DNA of 64,000 nucleotides from Opitutales bacterium (GTDB lineage: Bacteria; Verrucomicrobiota; Verrucomicrobiia; Opitutales; JAFGAQ01). The notes beneath the pieces were generated by a model. The model did not search any database and was not told the DNA's origin. It saw only the letters and a list, made by a program, of their open reading frames with translations. This document shows, piece after piece, positions 20,083 to 28,932 of this stretch (positions are counted from its first letter, which is position 1; every line of letters starts with the position of its first letter). Made by a program: the position numbers and the translations under genes. Where the stretch lies: assembly GCA_963676215.2 (NCBI GenBank), contig CAXXVT010000016.1, positions 45,689-109,688 on the forward strand, written 5' to 3'.

Positions 20083-20100
20083 TCATGACTTTAGTCGTGA
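20083..20100. repeat. REP-like hairpin, family C
   Basis: tcatgactttagtcgtga preceded by ggagg, the same unit as at 18957 and 50242. Confidence 0.55.
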
Positions 20101-20520
20101 CTTGGAGTAATTGCGAAAATTAATGGGCTCACGGTTTCATTCGTGCGTTCTGTTTGAACATGGATAGAAGAGTGCGAATTCCGATTCTGAGCGGATTGAT
20201 CACAAATTCTGTGACGTGTCTCTAAATGACTCCTTGTCTCGCTATTGGGAACACGAGTTTCGATTTTGAAACTTACATCGTGTGATAACGATGTTTAGGA
20301 GGTGAAAACGACCCGGAAGTTGTTAATTTTCGCCAAATGGCTGAATGATTCAGCTTTTTGCAAAATATGCTAATTTTTAAGTTGTTGATAATGAGAAGTA
20401 TAGGAATTTCAATGTAACATTGGCACGTTGCTAGCGTATGTAATAGTATCAACCGAGTGATTCGAAAGATAACATCAACGACAACAACATCACTAGCATC
20501 AACATCAACAACATCGCATC

Positions 20521-20610
20521 ATGACACTCATCATATACAGCATCATAACAGCAGTCGCTCTTTCGGCTTATGCCATTCAAGAATATAAGATGGCCGATTC
20601 CGAGTTCTGA
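20521..20610 (+). CDS. 29-aa hydrophobic mini-protein, paralog 1 (not in ORF track)
   Basis: The ATG-to-TGA ORF translates to MTLIIYSIITAVALSAYAIQEYKMADSEF. It is preceded by about 50 nt of CA-rich leader (aacatcaacgacaacaacatcactagcatcaacatcaacaacatc). Two paralogs of identical length lie at 20693 and 25644. Confidence 0.6.
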   Translation: MTLIIYSIITAVALSAYAIQEYKMADSEF

Positions 20611-20692
20611 TCGAAAAGTCCATCTTAGCATCATCCCATCAATTTCAAGACATCAACAACATCAATATTAACATCATCAACATCATCACATC

Positions 20693-20782
20693 ATGACACT
20701 CATCATATTCACAACCACAGTAGCAGTAACTCTCCTGGCGTTTGCCGTTCAGGAATTCACCCTGTCACTTAGCGAAAGCTAA
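20693..20782 (+). CDS. 29-aa hydrophobic mini-protein, paralog 2 (not in ORF track)
   Basis: MTLIIFTTTVAVTLLAFAVQEFTLSLSES, with a CA-rich leader (catcaacaacatcaatattaacatcatcaacatcatcacatc) and a terminator at 20828-20862. Confidence 0.6.
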   Translation: MTLIIFTTTVAVTLLAFAVQEFTLSLSES

Positions 20783-20827
20783 TTACCAACGCCTCTTTTT
20801 AGATACAGTGCGTTTTTCAAACAGCTA

Positions 20828-20862
20828 AACCGGGACTTCTTCGAAGGAGTTCCGGTTTTTTT
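20828..20862 (+). terminator. Rho-independent terminator of the mini-ORF pair
   Basis: aaccgggacttc-ttcg-aaggagttccggtt followed by a T-run. The terminator of the third paralog at 25834 is homologous. Confidence 0.75.
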
Positions 20863-21217
20863 GTGTTATGAGGGTTCATATGAATCCGTTTTTGCTGAAT
20901 GCCAAGCTGCGACGGGCTCACGGGATGATCCGATTTACTTATACTGTAAATTGCTCCGATGTTCGTCGGTGTGATTCAACTTGCTCATTTTCCGTGGTTC
21001 AAGCGGAGTTTTTCTCTACCTCTACTTATACTAAGACGAGATTCGGTTCGGTTTCGCATTTTCGATATAGAAGCAAGAGCTGAAGAATCCCACTGCTCGG
21101 CGGCGGGCTGTAGGTTTTTGAGGTGTATCCTTCAATTATAGGGCCACTCACGGACTGTAATGCCTGTTCAATGGCTTAGGATTGATATTCCGATCTCGTA
21201 GCCAACAAAATGAAACG

Positions 21218-22333
21218 ATGAAGACCCTGTTATCCCTGATGCTATTGACTCTAACCCTGAACCTCCTGCAAGCCGGAAGCAACCCGAACGGGTTTAGCTT
21301 GAACAAGGGAGTGAACATCAGCCATTGGCTCTCACAGAGAGGCGAACGTCCGCGAGAGGACATTCAGACCTTTTTTACTGAGTTCGATGTGATTATGCTC
21401 AAAAAAGCAGGGTTTGATCATCTAAGAATTCCGATGGATGAGTTCGAGTTTTGGGACGACGCCGGAAATCCTATGGAGGATGCTTGGGCGGCGCTTGACC
21501 GTGGGCTCACCTGGTGCCAACGTCACGATCTGAATGTGATTGTGGACCTTCACATCATTCGCTCCCACTATTTCAATGCCGTGAACGAAGAAGGAGGAGA
21601 TGGAGGCAATACGCTTTGGAAAGACGCCAAGGAGCAAGAAAAATTCGTGGAACTTTGGGATGAAATTTCCGACCGTATCGGACATTATCCTGTCGATCGG
21701 GTTGCCTATGAGTTTATGAATGAGGCTGTCGGGGATGATCCCGAAGATTGGAATCATCTGGTGCAAAAGGTTTACACTTTCATGCGGGAAAAAGAACCGA
21801 CACGAACCTTTGTGATTGGTAGTTTTCAGTTCCAATCGATCGATACCTTGGAGTATCTATGGGTGCCTGAAAATGACCAAAACCTAGTGATTAGCTTCCA
21901 TACCTACGATCCCTTTGTTGTGACTCATTATAGGGCTCAATGGACGGGATTCCGCGACTATGATGGGCCAATTCAGTATCCTGGTTTCCCGTACCCAGAA
22001 GATTTGGATGTATCAAATTACGATAAAGAACTACAGGGAATGATTCGGGATAATCGGAAATCATTTGATTATGCAGCAGCTTTGGAACGACTCAAACCTG
22101 TGGTTGAATTTCAGAAGAAATACAATCTGCCACTTTACTGTGGAGAGTGGGGCTGTTATCTAGCTGTTCCTCGAGAAATGCGATTAGACTATTACAGGGA
22201 CTGGATTCGTGCCTTCGAAACTCTCAACATGGCTCAGGCGATTTGGGACTACAAAGGTGGATTTCGCATCGTCAACGACGAGACTCGTGAAATTGACCAC
22301 GAATTGATCAAAATACTGACCCAAGAGTTTTAG
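21218..22333 (+). CDS. GH5 glycoside hydrolase (endoglucanase/cellulase family), secreted
   Basis: Signal peptide MKTLLSLMLLTLTLNLLQAG. GVNISHWL, LRIPMD, YEFMNEA (acid/base NE) and YCGEWG (nucleophile E) fit GH5. I placed the start at ATG 21218. Confidence 0.8.
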   Translation: MKTLLSLMLLTLTLNLLQAGSNPNGFSLNKGVNISHWLSQRGERPREDIQTFFTEFDVIMLKKAGFDHLRIPMDEFEFWDDAGNPMEDAWAALDRGLTWCQRHDLNVIVDLHIIRSHYFNAVNEEGGDGGNTLWKDAKEQEKFVELWDEISDRIGHYPVDRVAYEFMNEAVGDDPEDWNHLVQKVYTFMREKEPTRTFVIGSFQFQSIDTLEYLWVPENDQNLVISFHTYDPFVVTHYRAQWTGFRDYDGPIQYPGFPYPEDLDVSNYDKELQGMIRDNRKSFDYAAALERLKPVVEFQKKYNLPLYCGEWGCYLAVPREMRLDYYRDWIRAFETLNMAQAIWDYKGGFRIVNDETREIDHELIKILTQEF

Positions 22334-22713
22334 GATTTTGGAATCGAAGGGCCGTAGTTTTGGTCTTTAAGCCATCACTATTTGAGTTGCTGAAATGCAA
22401 TACTCCCTCGTATCTGATGCTATAAATAATATGGTTTTTTGATTCCCAACTGAAACGTGAATGAGGGTTAAGTTGTTTACAGAGAAATTGCCGCTGTTTT
22501 TTTGATAAACTGCTCTTGGACTTCTTCGACGTGTTGGATCGTCAGTTCCGACACTATTGGAAGTCGAATTTGGGATGCGCGCTGCTCGCACATCCTACAA
22601 CCAATTGATCAGGACAAAAAAGCAGTATTCGCTACAACTGGGATCGCTCCTTTTTCAGTTATTGAGACCTCATTGGCCCTTCACCAGTGTCCAATGAGCT
22701 GTCATCTACAAAG

Positions 22714-25095
22714 TTATTCAGAGACGACAGCAAATTCATCCTTTAATCGAATATCGTCGGACGAACTGCCAATCATGACCTCAAAAGTTCCCGGTTCTAC
22801 AACTTTGAAGAAACTGCGGTTCCACAGTGCCAAGTCCTCAAAATCAATCGTAAACTCCACGCGTTTTGAGCCGCCGGGCTGGAGGTCTATTTTTTGAAAT
22901 CCTTTGAGTAGTTTTACGGGGGTAGTGACGGAGCTCACTTTGTCATTAAGATAAAGCTGCACGACCTCTTTTCCCCTGCGATTTCCTATGTTTTTTACTT
23001 CAAGTGAAACATGAAAAGACTGTCCCTCACTCAAGTTTTTACTTTCTATATGCAGGTTTGAATACTCGAATTGGGTATAGCTTAGTCCGTGTCCAAAACA
23101 ATACAGCGGATCAGGAGTGGAAAAAACGTAATCCCGTCCCGGTTGTTCGGGTGTGCCCGGCTTGTGGTAGTATCCACGCCCCGAGGGTTTGTGATCATAA
23201 ACGCTTTGAATGTGACCGACGCTTCTCGGCACAGACAGAGGCAACTTTCCCGAAGGGTTTACTTCTCCAAACAACACCGAGGCAAGCGCATGCCCGCCCT
23301 CTTCTCCGGGATACCAGGCTTCCACAATGGCAGGTAGGTTTTCTTTTTCCCATGGAATGGAATAGGGGCGACCATGAATCATGACCAGGACCACAGGTTT
23401 CCCTGTTGCTTCAATGGCACGGATCAGATCGGACTGAACCCCCGGAGGATCCAGAGTCGTGCGGTCCATTCCCTCTCCGCAGGTATTGTGTTTATCGAGC
23501 TGGTCATTTCCCCAACCGATGCCGGAATAGATAATACTCGTTCCTCCGATAGCGAGTACCACCACATCGCTTCTTTCTGCAACTTCAATGGCCTCCTCAA
23601 ATCCACTTTTGTCCAAATCAGTGATGCCGCATCCCCGCGCATAGGTAATCTTTGTCTTGTTTCCAACCAAATCCCTCATCCCCTGCAAAAGAGTGACCCC
23701 ATAGTCATTGCTTTTGGTGACGGAGTAATCTCCAAACTGAACTTGATCGGCATTTGGGCCAATGACTGCGATGGACTTGAGCTTGTCCGGATCAAGTGGC
23801 AAAAGGTTTTGATGGTTTTGAAGCAACACAATGGATTCTTCTGCCATTTTTCGGGCATGCTGGATGTGTTCCGGCGTGTGAATGCTGCTCTCACGGTTTG
23901 CTGGAACCTTGAAGGGTCTGTCGAATAAACCAGCTTTGATTTTCGCCAGTAATATTCGTTTCACCGCTCTGTCTACAACGGCCTCATCTAGTGCTCCACT
24001 TTCAACCAAGTTTTTCAATTCCCCATACGCATACTGTGAAGGTGCCTCCAGATCCACCCCTGCCTGAATAGCCTGAAGGGCTGTTTCCTTCTTGTCTGCT
24101 GCTGTGTGGTGAAAATTCTGCAACATCTCAATGGCGGTGTAGTCCGAAAAAACATACCCCTCAAAACCCCATTCTTTCCGAAGGACATCGTTGAGTAGCC
24201 AGCTGCTGGCATGGACCGGAATCCCATCGATTTCATGATACCCAGGCATGATCGAATAAATATTTGCTTCTTTCACCGCCGCTTCAAAAGGAGGCATATG
24301 CAGGCTTCGCAGATCTCTTTCACCAATCACTGCGGGGGCGATATTGATTCCTGACTGCGGGATTCCATAGGCCACAAAATGTTTGGCTGTAGCCATCAAA
24401 TGATTTTCTGGAATGTTGGTTTGAGTGACTTTTGGGTCTCCCTGTATTCCAGTTACAAATGCAACTCCCATTTTGGAAACCAGAAAGGCATCTTCGCCAT
24501 AACACTCTTCCACTCGGCCGTAGCGGGGATCGCGGGCAAGATCAAAAAGAGGAGACAAGGCCTGGTCTACACCGGAAGCCGACGCTTCTTTGGCAATGAT
24601 TTCACCCATTTTATGGATGAGTTCAGGATTCCAAGTGCTGCCTTGTGCGATGGCCTGTGGGAAAATAGTAGCCCCCAATGCCATTTGTCCGTGTAGGCAT
24701 TCCGCGATTTGAATCGCTGGAATCCCAAGCCGGGTATGCTCTCTCAGGTAGCGGTCGGCAGCTTCCGAAAATTTGGCAATTTTCTCGTGTTCAACGAAGG
24801 GACTTTCAAGGCAACCAATACTTCTACCCTTGAACAGTTGCTCCAGCGAATCTTGTGTGACTTCTCCTTGGTCATCCAATTCCAGATCATTGAGGCTGAG
24901 CATCGACAACTGATCGATCTTCTCCTCTAACGTCATTTTGGATAAAAGTTCCTCAACCCGCAGCTCAGTTTCCTGTGCCTGGATATGTGTGAAAACCCCT
25001 ACTAACGCGCACAAGAAAAATCCTGCTTTATATATTGATTGTTTCTTTTGCTCAATGATTGGGAGAAGTCGCATACTTGATCTCAACAGGTGCAA
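22714..25095 (-). CDS. bglX: GH3 beta-glucosidase (BglX-like)
   Basis: 793 aa with GH3 blocks (KHFVAYG, GFEGYVFSDYTAIE with the nucleophile Asp, GGTS...GEGMDR) and a C-terminal FnIII-like domain (VSLEVKNIGNRRGKEVVQLYL). The exact start is uncertain (25095 or 25074). Confidence 0.88.
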   Translation of the reverse strand: MHLLRSSMRLLPIIEQKKQSIYKAGFFLCALVGVFTHIQAQETELRVEELLSKMTLEEKIDQLSMLSLNDLELDDQGEVTQDSLEQLFKGRSIGCLESPFVEHEKIAKFSEAADRYLREHTRLGIPAIQIAECLHGQMALGATIFPQAIAQGSTWNPELIHKMGEIIAKEASASGVDQALSPLFDLARDPRYGRVEECYGEDAFLVSKMGVAFVTGIQGDPKVTQTNIPENHLMATAKHFVAYGIPQSGINIAPAVIGERDLRSLHMPPFEAAVKEANIYSIMPGYHEIDGIPVHASSWLLNDVLRKEWGFEGYVFSDYTAIEMLQNFHHTAADKKETALQAIQAGVDLEAPSQYAYGELKNLVESGALDEAVVDRAVKRILLAKIKAGLFDRPFKVPANRESSIHTPEHIQHARKMAEESIVLLQNHQNLLPLDPDKLKSIAVIGPNADQVQFGDYSVTKSNDYGVTLLQGMRDLVGNKTKITYARGCGITDLDKSGFEEAIEVAERSDVVVLAIGGTSIIYSGIGWGNDQLDKHNTCGEGMDRTTLDPPGVQSDLIRAIEATGKPVVLVMIHGRPYSIPWEKENLPAIVEAWYPGEEGGHALASVLFGEVNPSGKLPLSVPRSVGHIQSVYDHKPSGRGYYHKPGTPEQPGRDYVFSTPDPLYCFGHGLSYTQFEYSNLHIESKNLSEGQSFHVSLEVKNIGNRRGKEVVQLYLNDKVSSVTTPVKLLKGFQKIDLQPGGSKRVEFTIDFEDLALWNRSFFKVVEPGTFEVMIGSSSDDIRLKDEFAVVSE

Positions 25096-25227
25096 AGCTC
25101 TCCGTCAATTTGATCCAACCTGCTTTGCTGAAGCGAAATGGGAATCAGGTGTAACTACGAGTCCCATATGGGAGGACAGGAGGAGTATTCTTTGATACAA
25201 AGGACCATCGTTTGAATGGATCGTGGG

Positions 25228-25343
25228 TTTTTCTGTGAGGCAGGGGCTTTGTTTGACCACAGATGACTCAGATATTCGCAGATGGTTTTTGAAATATGAA
25301 TCCAGCTTTGCTTTAAGCTGAGCCGCGACAGGTTGGCAGAATG
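25228..25343. repeat. Direct repeat, left copy (about 116 bp; contains tgaccacagatgactcagatat and the family D-related end)
   Basis: Aligns with 26605..26720 in the same orientation (tttttctgtgag...tgaccacagatgactcagatat...tggtttttgaaatatgaa.ccagc.ttgct..aagct.agccgcgacaggttggcagaatg), with scattered mismatches. Confidence 0.7.
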
Positions 25344-25643
25344 CTCTAGGCTGGCAAACTAACTTCGCAATCTCAGAGTGATCGTACGTAACAATGCCGT
25401 ACGTAGACTCTATAAGCCCGGAGATTCCCTTCAGATGAGAGCTCCTGTTTTGGGTGTGCGGTCTGTTAGCCTGGAGGAGTATTTTTAAAAAAAATTAAAA
25501 ATCTTGTCACCTTTTACTTCAAAACGGGCACCTATATACAAATACATCAAATTTGGATGCAGATTGCGAGACACTCACTTTGGTGACTCGGACAACAATC
25601 AAGCTATCCATCAACAAAACAACAACATCAACATTACATCATC

Positions 25644-25733
25644 ATGACACTCATCATCTTCACATTAACAGTAGCCGTAACTCTGTTGGCCTTTGGAGCC
25701 TACGAATTGACTCAAGAATTCAATCAGGGTTAA
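25644..25733 (+). CDS. 29-aa hydrophobic mini-protein, paralog 3 (not in ORF track)
   Basis: MTLIIFTLTVAVTLLAFGAYELTQEFNQG, with a CA-rich leader (atcaacaaaacaacaacatcaacattacatcatc) and a terminator at 25834-25869. Confidence 0.6.
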   Translation: MTLIIFTLTVAVTLLAFGAYELTQEFNQG

Positions 25734-25833
25734 CCGGGACAGTCCCATCGACAACACATCATCGCTACCATCGAATCATAATGATTATGTTATCTAAAAC
25801 ATAGGAATCTAGTGCGTTATTCAAAAAACCAAT

Positions 25834-25869
25834 AAAACCGGAGTGTCCGATAAGGAGCTCCGGTTTTTT
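25834..25869 (+). terminator. Rho-independent terminator of mini-ORF paralog 3
   Basis: aaaaccggag - loop - ctccggtttttt, sharing the aaccgg...aaggag.tccggtttttt pattern with 20828-20862. Confidence 0.7.
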
Positions 25870-26128
25870 GTTTGTACAAATCTCATTGATTGACACAGAG
25901 CACTGAGTGCAGGAGTTGAATGGCGGAAGAAATGATTAGCCACTGAGGGACGAGGATTTTTTGGATTCACCTGAAGTGATTGAGATTGAAATCCCAAGCA
26001 ATCATCCGCGTTTTGAGTTTGTTGAATCGAGGTGAGCCTTATTTCACTTTTTGAAACAAGTCTGTTCTTTATTTCAAAATATTGACAAAAATGAAATAAA
26101 GGATCAGCTGGACGAATGGTGAGTCCGA

Positions 26129-26359
26129 TTGCTGGGCCAGCGTCCGACCATCCTGCCACGCGTTCTCGAGTTAATTGCCACTAATCCCTACATCACTGCC
26201 CGTAAAATCGAATCGAGCTTCGATGTTGCCTATAATACCGCCTCCAAAGCGATTAGCGTGCTGCAACAGAACGACATCCTCATTCCCGTCGATGAGCGTC
26301 AACGCGATCGCGTCTACGTCGCACCCCGCCTGCTCGAGATCCTCGAAGATCCCATTTGA
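26129..26359 (+). pseudogene. C-terminal winged-helix remnant of a Fic/DOC-family-type protein
   Basis: LGQRPTILPRVLELIATNPYITARKIESSFDVAYNTASKAISVLQQNDILIPVDERQRDRVYVAPRLLEILE resembles the C-terminal wHTH tail of Fic proteins. No Fic core (HxFx[D/E]GNGR) lies upstream, and a stop codon sits immediately before it. Confidence 0.45.
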
Positions 26360-26604
26360 TATTATGTATAAACCCGTTGCAGAAGCGCGGATTCGTAGGT
26401 GTCGTTTTACTCTGTACTCAAATCCGAGTTAGAACCCTCGGGGCAAGCCCGGGAGGCATTTGAAATCACAAATAGTCGCGAGCCATACGATGAATGTGTT
26501 TCGATCATTGAGGGAATTTTTAAAGAAGAAGAATACAAAAATGAGGTAACCGAAGAGGGCGCAGGAAAAAAATGGCGCTCCGCTTCAAAAACTAGAATCG
26601 TAGA

Positions 26605-26720
26605 TTTTTCTGTGAGACTAAAGCTGTTCTTGACCACAGATGACTCAGATATCCACAGTTGGTTTTTGAAATATGAACCCAGCATTGCTAAAAGCTAAGC
26701 CGCGACAGGTTGGCAGAATG
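26605..26720. repeat. Direct repeat, right copy of 25228..25343
   Basis: See the left copy; same orientation. Confidence 0.7.
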
Positions 26721-26812
26721 AAAAAGGATTGAGTTTGTGGGGCCGGGTGGAAGTTTAACCTACTGATAGACGGGAACGAATAAGCTCCGGAGGATTGAAG
26801 GCAGTTGGTTGC

Positions 26813-27286
26813 CTAGGAAGGTAGATTTCGCCATTTATGAGTGATCGTAAGTAACAGTAATGTGCGGAGACTCCATAAAACCGTGCGGATCCAATTTGAA
26901 GCCACAAGACTCTCCCATGTTTCCACACTCCAGTCATTTGTTAACGCCTGATGGAGTGGAACCTGAATCGCAAATGTGGAAGCCCAGATGATAGCCAACA
27001 GCAGCAGATTCAACCATAACCAAGGTCTTGTCTTTTTATTCGCGAAAACTCCTAACATTACTGCTGTTGCGAGTTCGATCAACATCAGCGGTGCGATCAC
27101 CCAACCCGCTCTTCGAGTGTAATCTTGTTCAAACGCTGTCCAGTTTTCCACCCCGACCGACGCAAACAGGGGGTATTGTACCAGTTGCACATACCACACG
27201 ATTCCCAGCATGGCGAAAGTTGCCAGACACTGAACCAGAAACGTATGACTGAACCAACTTTTCCGGAATTTCGAAATGGTATCCAT
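26813..27286 (-). CDS. Four-TM membrane protein, DUF1772-like
   Basis: MDTISKFRKSWFSHTFLVQCLATFAMLGIVWYVQLVQYPLF...; four hydrophobic helices in about 157 aa. The family call is by pattern only. I trimmed the start to ATG 27286 because the track ORF start lies inside repeat copy A. Confidence 0.45.
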   Translation of the reverse strand: MDTISKFRKSWFSHTFLVQCLATFAMLGIVWYVQLVQYPLFASVGVENWTAFEQDYTRRAGWVIAPLMLIELATAVMLGVFANKKTRPWLWLNLLLLAIIWASTFAIQVPLHQALTNDWSVETWESLVASNWIRTVLWSLRTLLLLTITHKWRNLPS

Positions 27287-27310
27287 TGGTTTTTGAATTA
27301 AGGGTGGTGA

Positions 27311-27585
27311 CGTTCGCCCGATAAGCAACGGGGCTTTTTCAATTTTATTGTCTTTTAGGGATAGAACGGAATATTTAAAGGAAATGGGATTGGGAGAACC
27401 CGGTCGGCGTCGCGGCTTCGGTGAGAAACATCGGGGCCTTTCGCATTTTAGGGCATTTCACGATTAACTTGAATTTAGTGGTAAATTGGACGATTTTTTC
27501 TCCTAAAATTTAAAGGTTCCGACCCGGTGATAAGAGCCCAGGGGGCTCTTCACAAGCAATTGGGATAGCCGGGTTGGTCAGTTTT
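27311..27585. repeat. Island repeat, copy A (5'-truncated, with an internal insertion; conserved 75-bp 3' core at 27511-27585)
   Basis: cgttcgcccgataagcaacgggg ... attaacttgaattt ... taaaggttccgacccggtgataagagcccagggggctcttcacaagcaattgggatagccgggttggtcagtttt. The 75-bp core differs from copy C (39546-39620) at 3 positions by my alignment. Confidence 0.8.
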
Positions 27586-27677
27586 GAAGTCTGAGGAGAT
27601 CAGTCATAGTTAGTAGTTACCATTTGAAAGATATTAAACTCACTACGGATGACTGGCTATTTCAACGGACTGAATTT

Positions 27678-28745
27678 TCATTTCTGGGGTTCTCCATCTT
27701 CCTTCGAAGATTCGTTTCGTTTCAGCATCCGGTCAAAGTCGCTCACAAACAGGCGATCCTGAATAATCCGGTATTTTTCAAACTCACTTTCGGCGTGGGC
27801 CTTGGCAATTTCCGCTGTCACTCTCCCCGCGTCCTGAAGGATCTCCCGGTCGGTGGCTTCAATGAACCGGTTCAGTCGAGTTTCCCAGTCCTGCATCGTC
27901 ATGGGTATCTCACGAAGTGCCATATCTTCTGCAATATCCAAATAGGCCGAAACCAGCCGTTGCAATTGCGCCATCTCGCTTCCGGTAAGATAGTTTTTTG
28001 CTACACTGACATCGAAGTTCTGGATTTTACCTTGGGGAGCGTCTTTCCAGGTAGTGAGGCCCATGTTTTGTTTTTTGTGATCGGCCCGATCTACAATCAC
28101 TTCTGCAGCAGTCTGACCATGAATGGCCCAATGCAGCTTGTTCTGTACCGTCGCAAAAAATCGATTCGTGGCTTGAGCTGTTACATCATAATCGATTGAG
28201 CTCGTATAGATATCGGTAACCTTCTGATAAAACTTGCGCTCACTCAGACGGATTTCCCGGATGCGCTGCAACTGTTCTTCAAAATATTTCTTACCGAGAA
28301 CCGTGCCGTCATTCTTCAGACGCTCGTCGTCCATGGTGTAACCCTTGATGGTGAACTCCTGAATAATCTGGGTCGCCCATTTCCGGAACTGCACAGCTCG
28401 TTCTGAGTTGACCTTGTAGCCGACAGCAATGATCGCCGACAAATGGTAGTGGTTCGTATTGTATTTTTTTCCGTCGGTGGCAGTTATCCGAAAATTTCGG
28501 ATAACTGAAACTTCTTCTAACTCGCTGTCACTGAAGATCTTTTTCAAATGATAGTTAACCGTTCTGACATCAACATCATAAAGCGTTGCCATCATTTTCT
28601 GGGTCAGCCAGATATTTTCATCCATGTAAATTGCTTCGACACCGCTTTCACCGGTGGCCGCAACAAAGGTGAGGTATTCCGCAGCGGAGGAACGGACAAT
28701 AGAGGTCTTTTGCTTTTGGGATGGTGATTTCTTTTTTGCAGTCAT
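27678..28745 (-). CDS. rhuM: RhuM-family virulence/DNA-binding protein
   Basis: Near full-length match to the RhuM pattern: WLTQKMMATLYDVDVRTVNYHLKKIF, HYHLSAIIAVGYKVNSERAVQFRKWATQI, YFEEQLQRIREIRLSERKFYQKVTDIY, HWAIHGQTAAEVI. Confidence 0.85.
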   Translation of the reverse strand: MTAKKKSPSQKQKTSIVRSSAAEYLTFVAATGESGVEAIYMDENIWLTQKMMATLYDVDVRTVNYHLKKIFSDSELEEVSVIRNFRITATDGKKYNTNHYHLSAIIAVGYKVNSERAVQFRKWATQIIQEFTIKGYTMDDERLKNDGTVLGKKYFEEQLQRIREIRLSERKFYQKVTDIYTSSIDYDVTAQATNRFFATVQNKLHWAIHGQTAAEVIVDRADHKKQNMGLTTWKDAPQGKIQNFDVSVAKNYLTGSEMAQLQRLVSAYLDIAEDMALREIPMTMQDWETRLNRFIEATDREILQDAGRVTAEIAKAHAESEFEKYRIIQDRLFVSDFDRMLKRNESSKEDGEPQK

Positions 28746-28932
28746 GATACAATCCTACTTTTTCAGGACTTCGCGGATAATGCGGATTTTTGCGGCGTCC
28801 GGCAACGTATAGGCACCAGACGCAAGTGCTGATGAAACGGGAGAGGTTAAGATGCTTTAAGTGAACGCTTGTTTAGTAGTATTGCAAGTCCGAAAAAAGC
28901 AGTGTTCTTTGTCTGTGCCATCGTAGAAACGT

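Noticed and set aside
20421-20432. TGGCACGTTGCT, which resembles a sigma-54 -24/-12 promoter upstream of the mini-ORFs
   Set aside because: The GG and GC elements are about 4 nt too close compared with the TGGCAC-N5-TTGC consensus spacing, so it is not a credible sigma-54 site.
20461-20700. CA-rich aacatc/aacaac repeats considered as a CRISPR array or microsatellite
   Set aside because: There is no regular repeat-spacer periodicity, the units are only 3-6 nt, and no cas genes are present. The tracts sit exactly upstream of the three conserved mini-ORF start codons, so they fit 5' leaders better.
26399-26698. 99-aa ORF (GTG start)
   Set aside because: It has no recognisable domain or convincing start context, and its last third is encoded by the 26605-26720 direct repeat. 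I kept it only as a doubtful ORF inside the remnant cassette.
27624-28199. Plus-strand 191-aa ORF overlapping the RhuM gene
   Set aside because: It is antisense to a near full-length RhuM match, starts inside the island repeat flank, and has no family signal.
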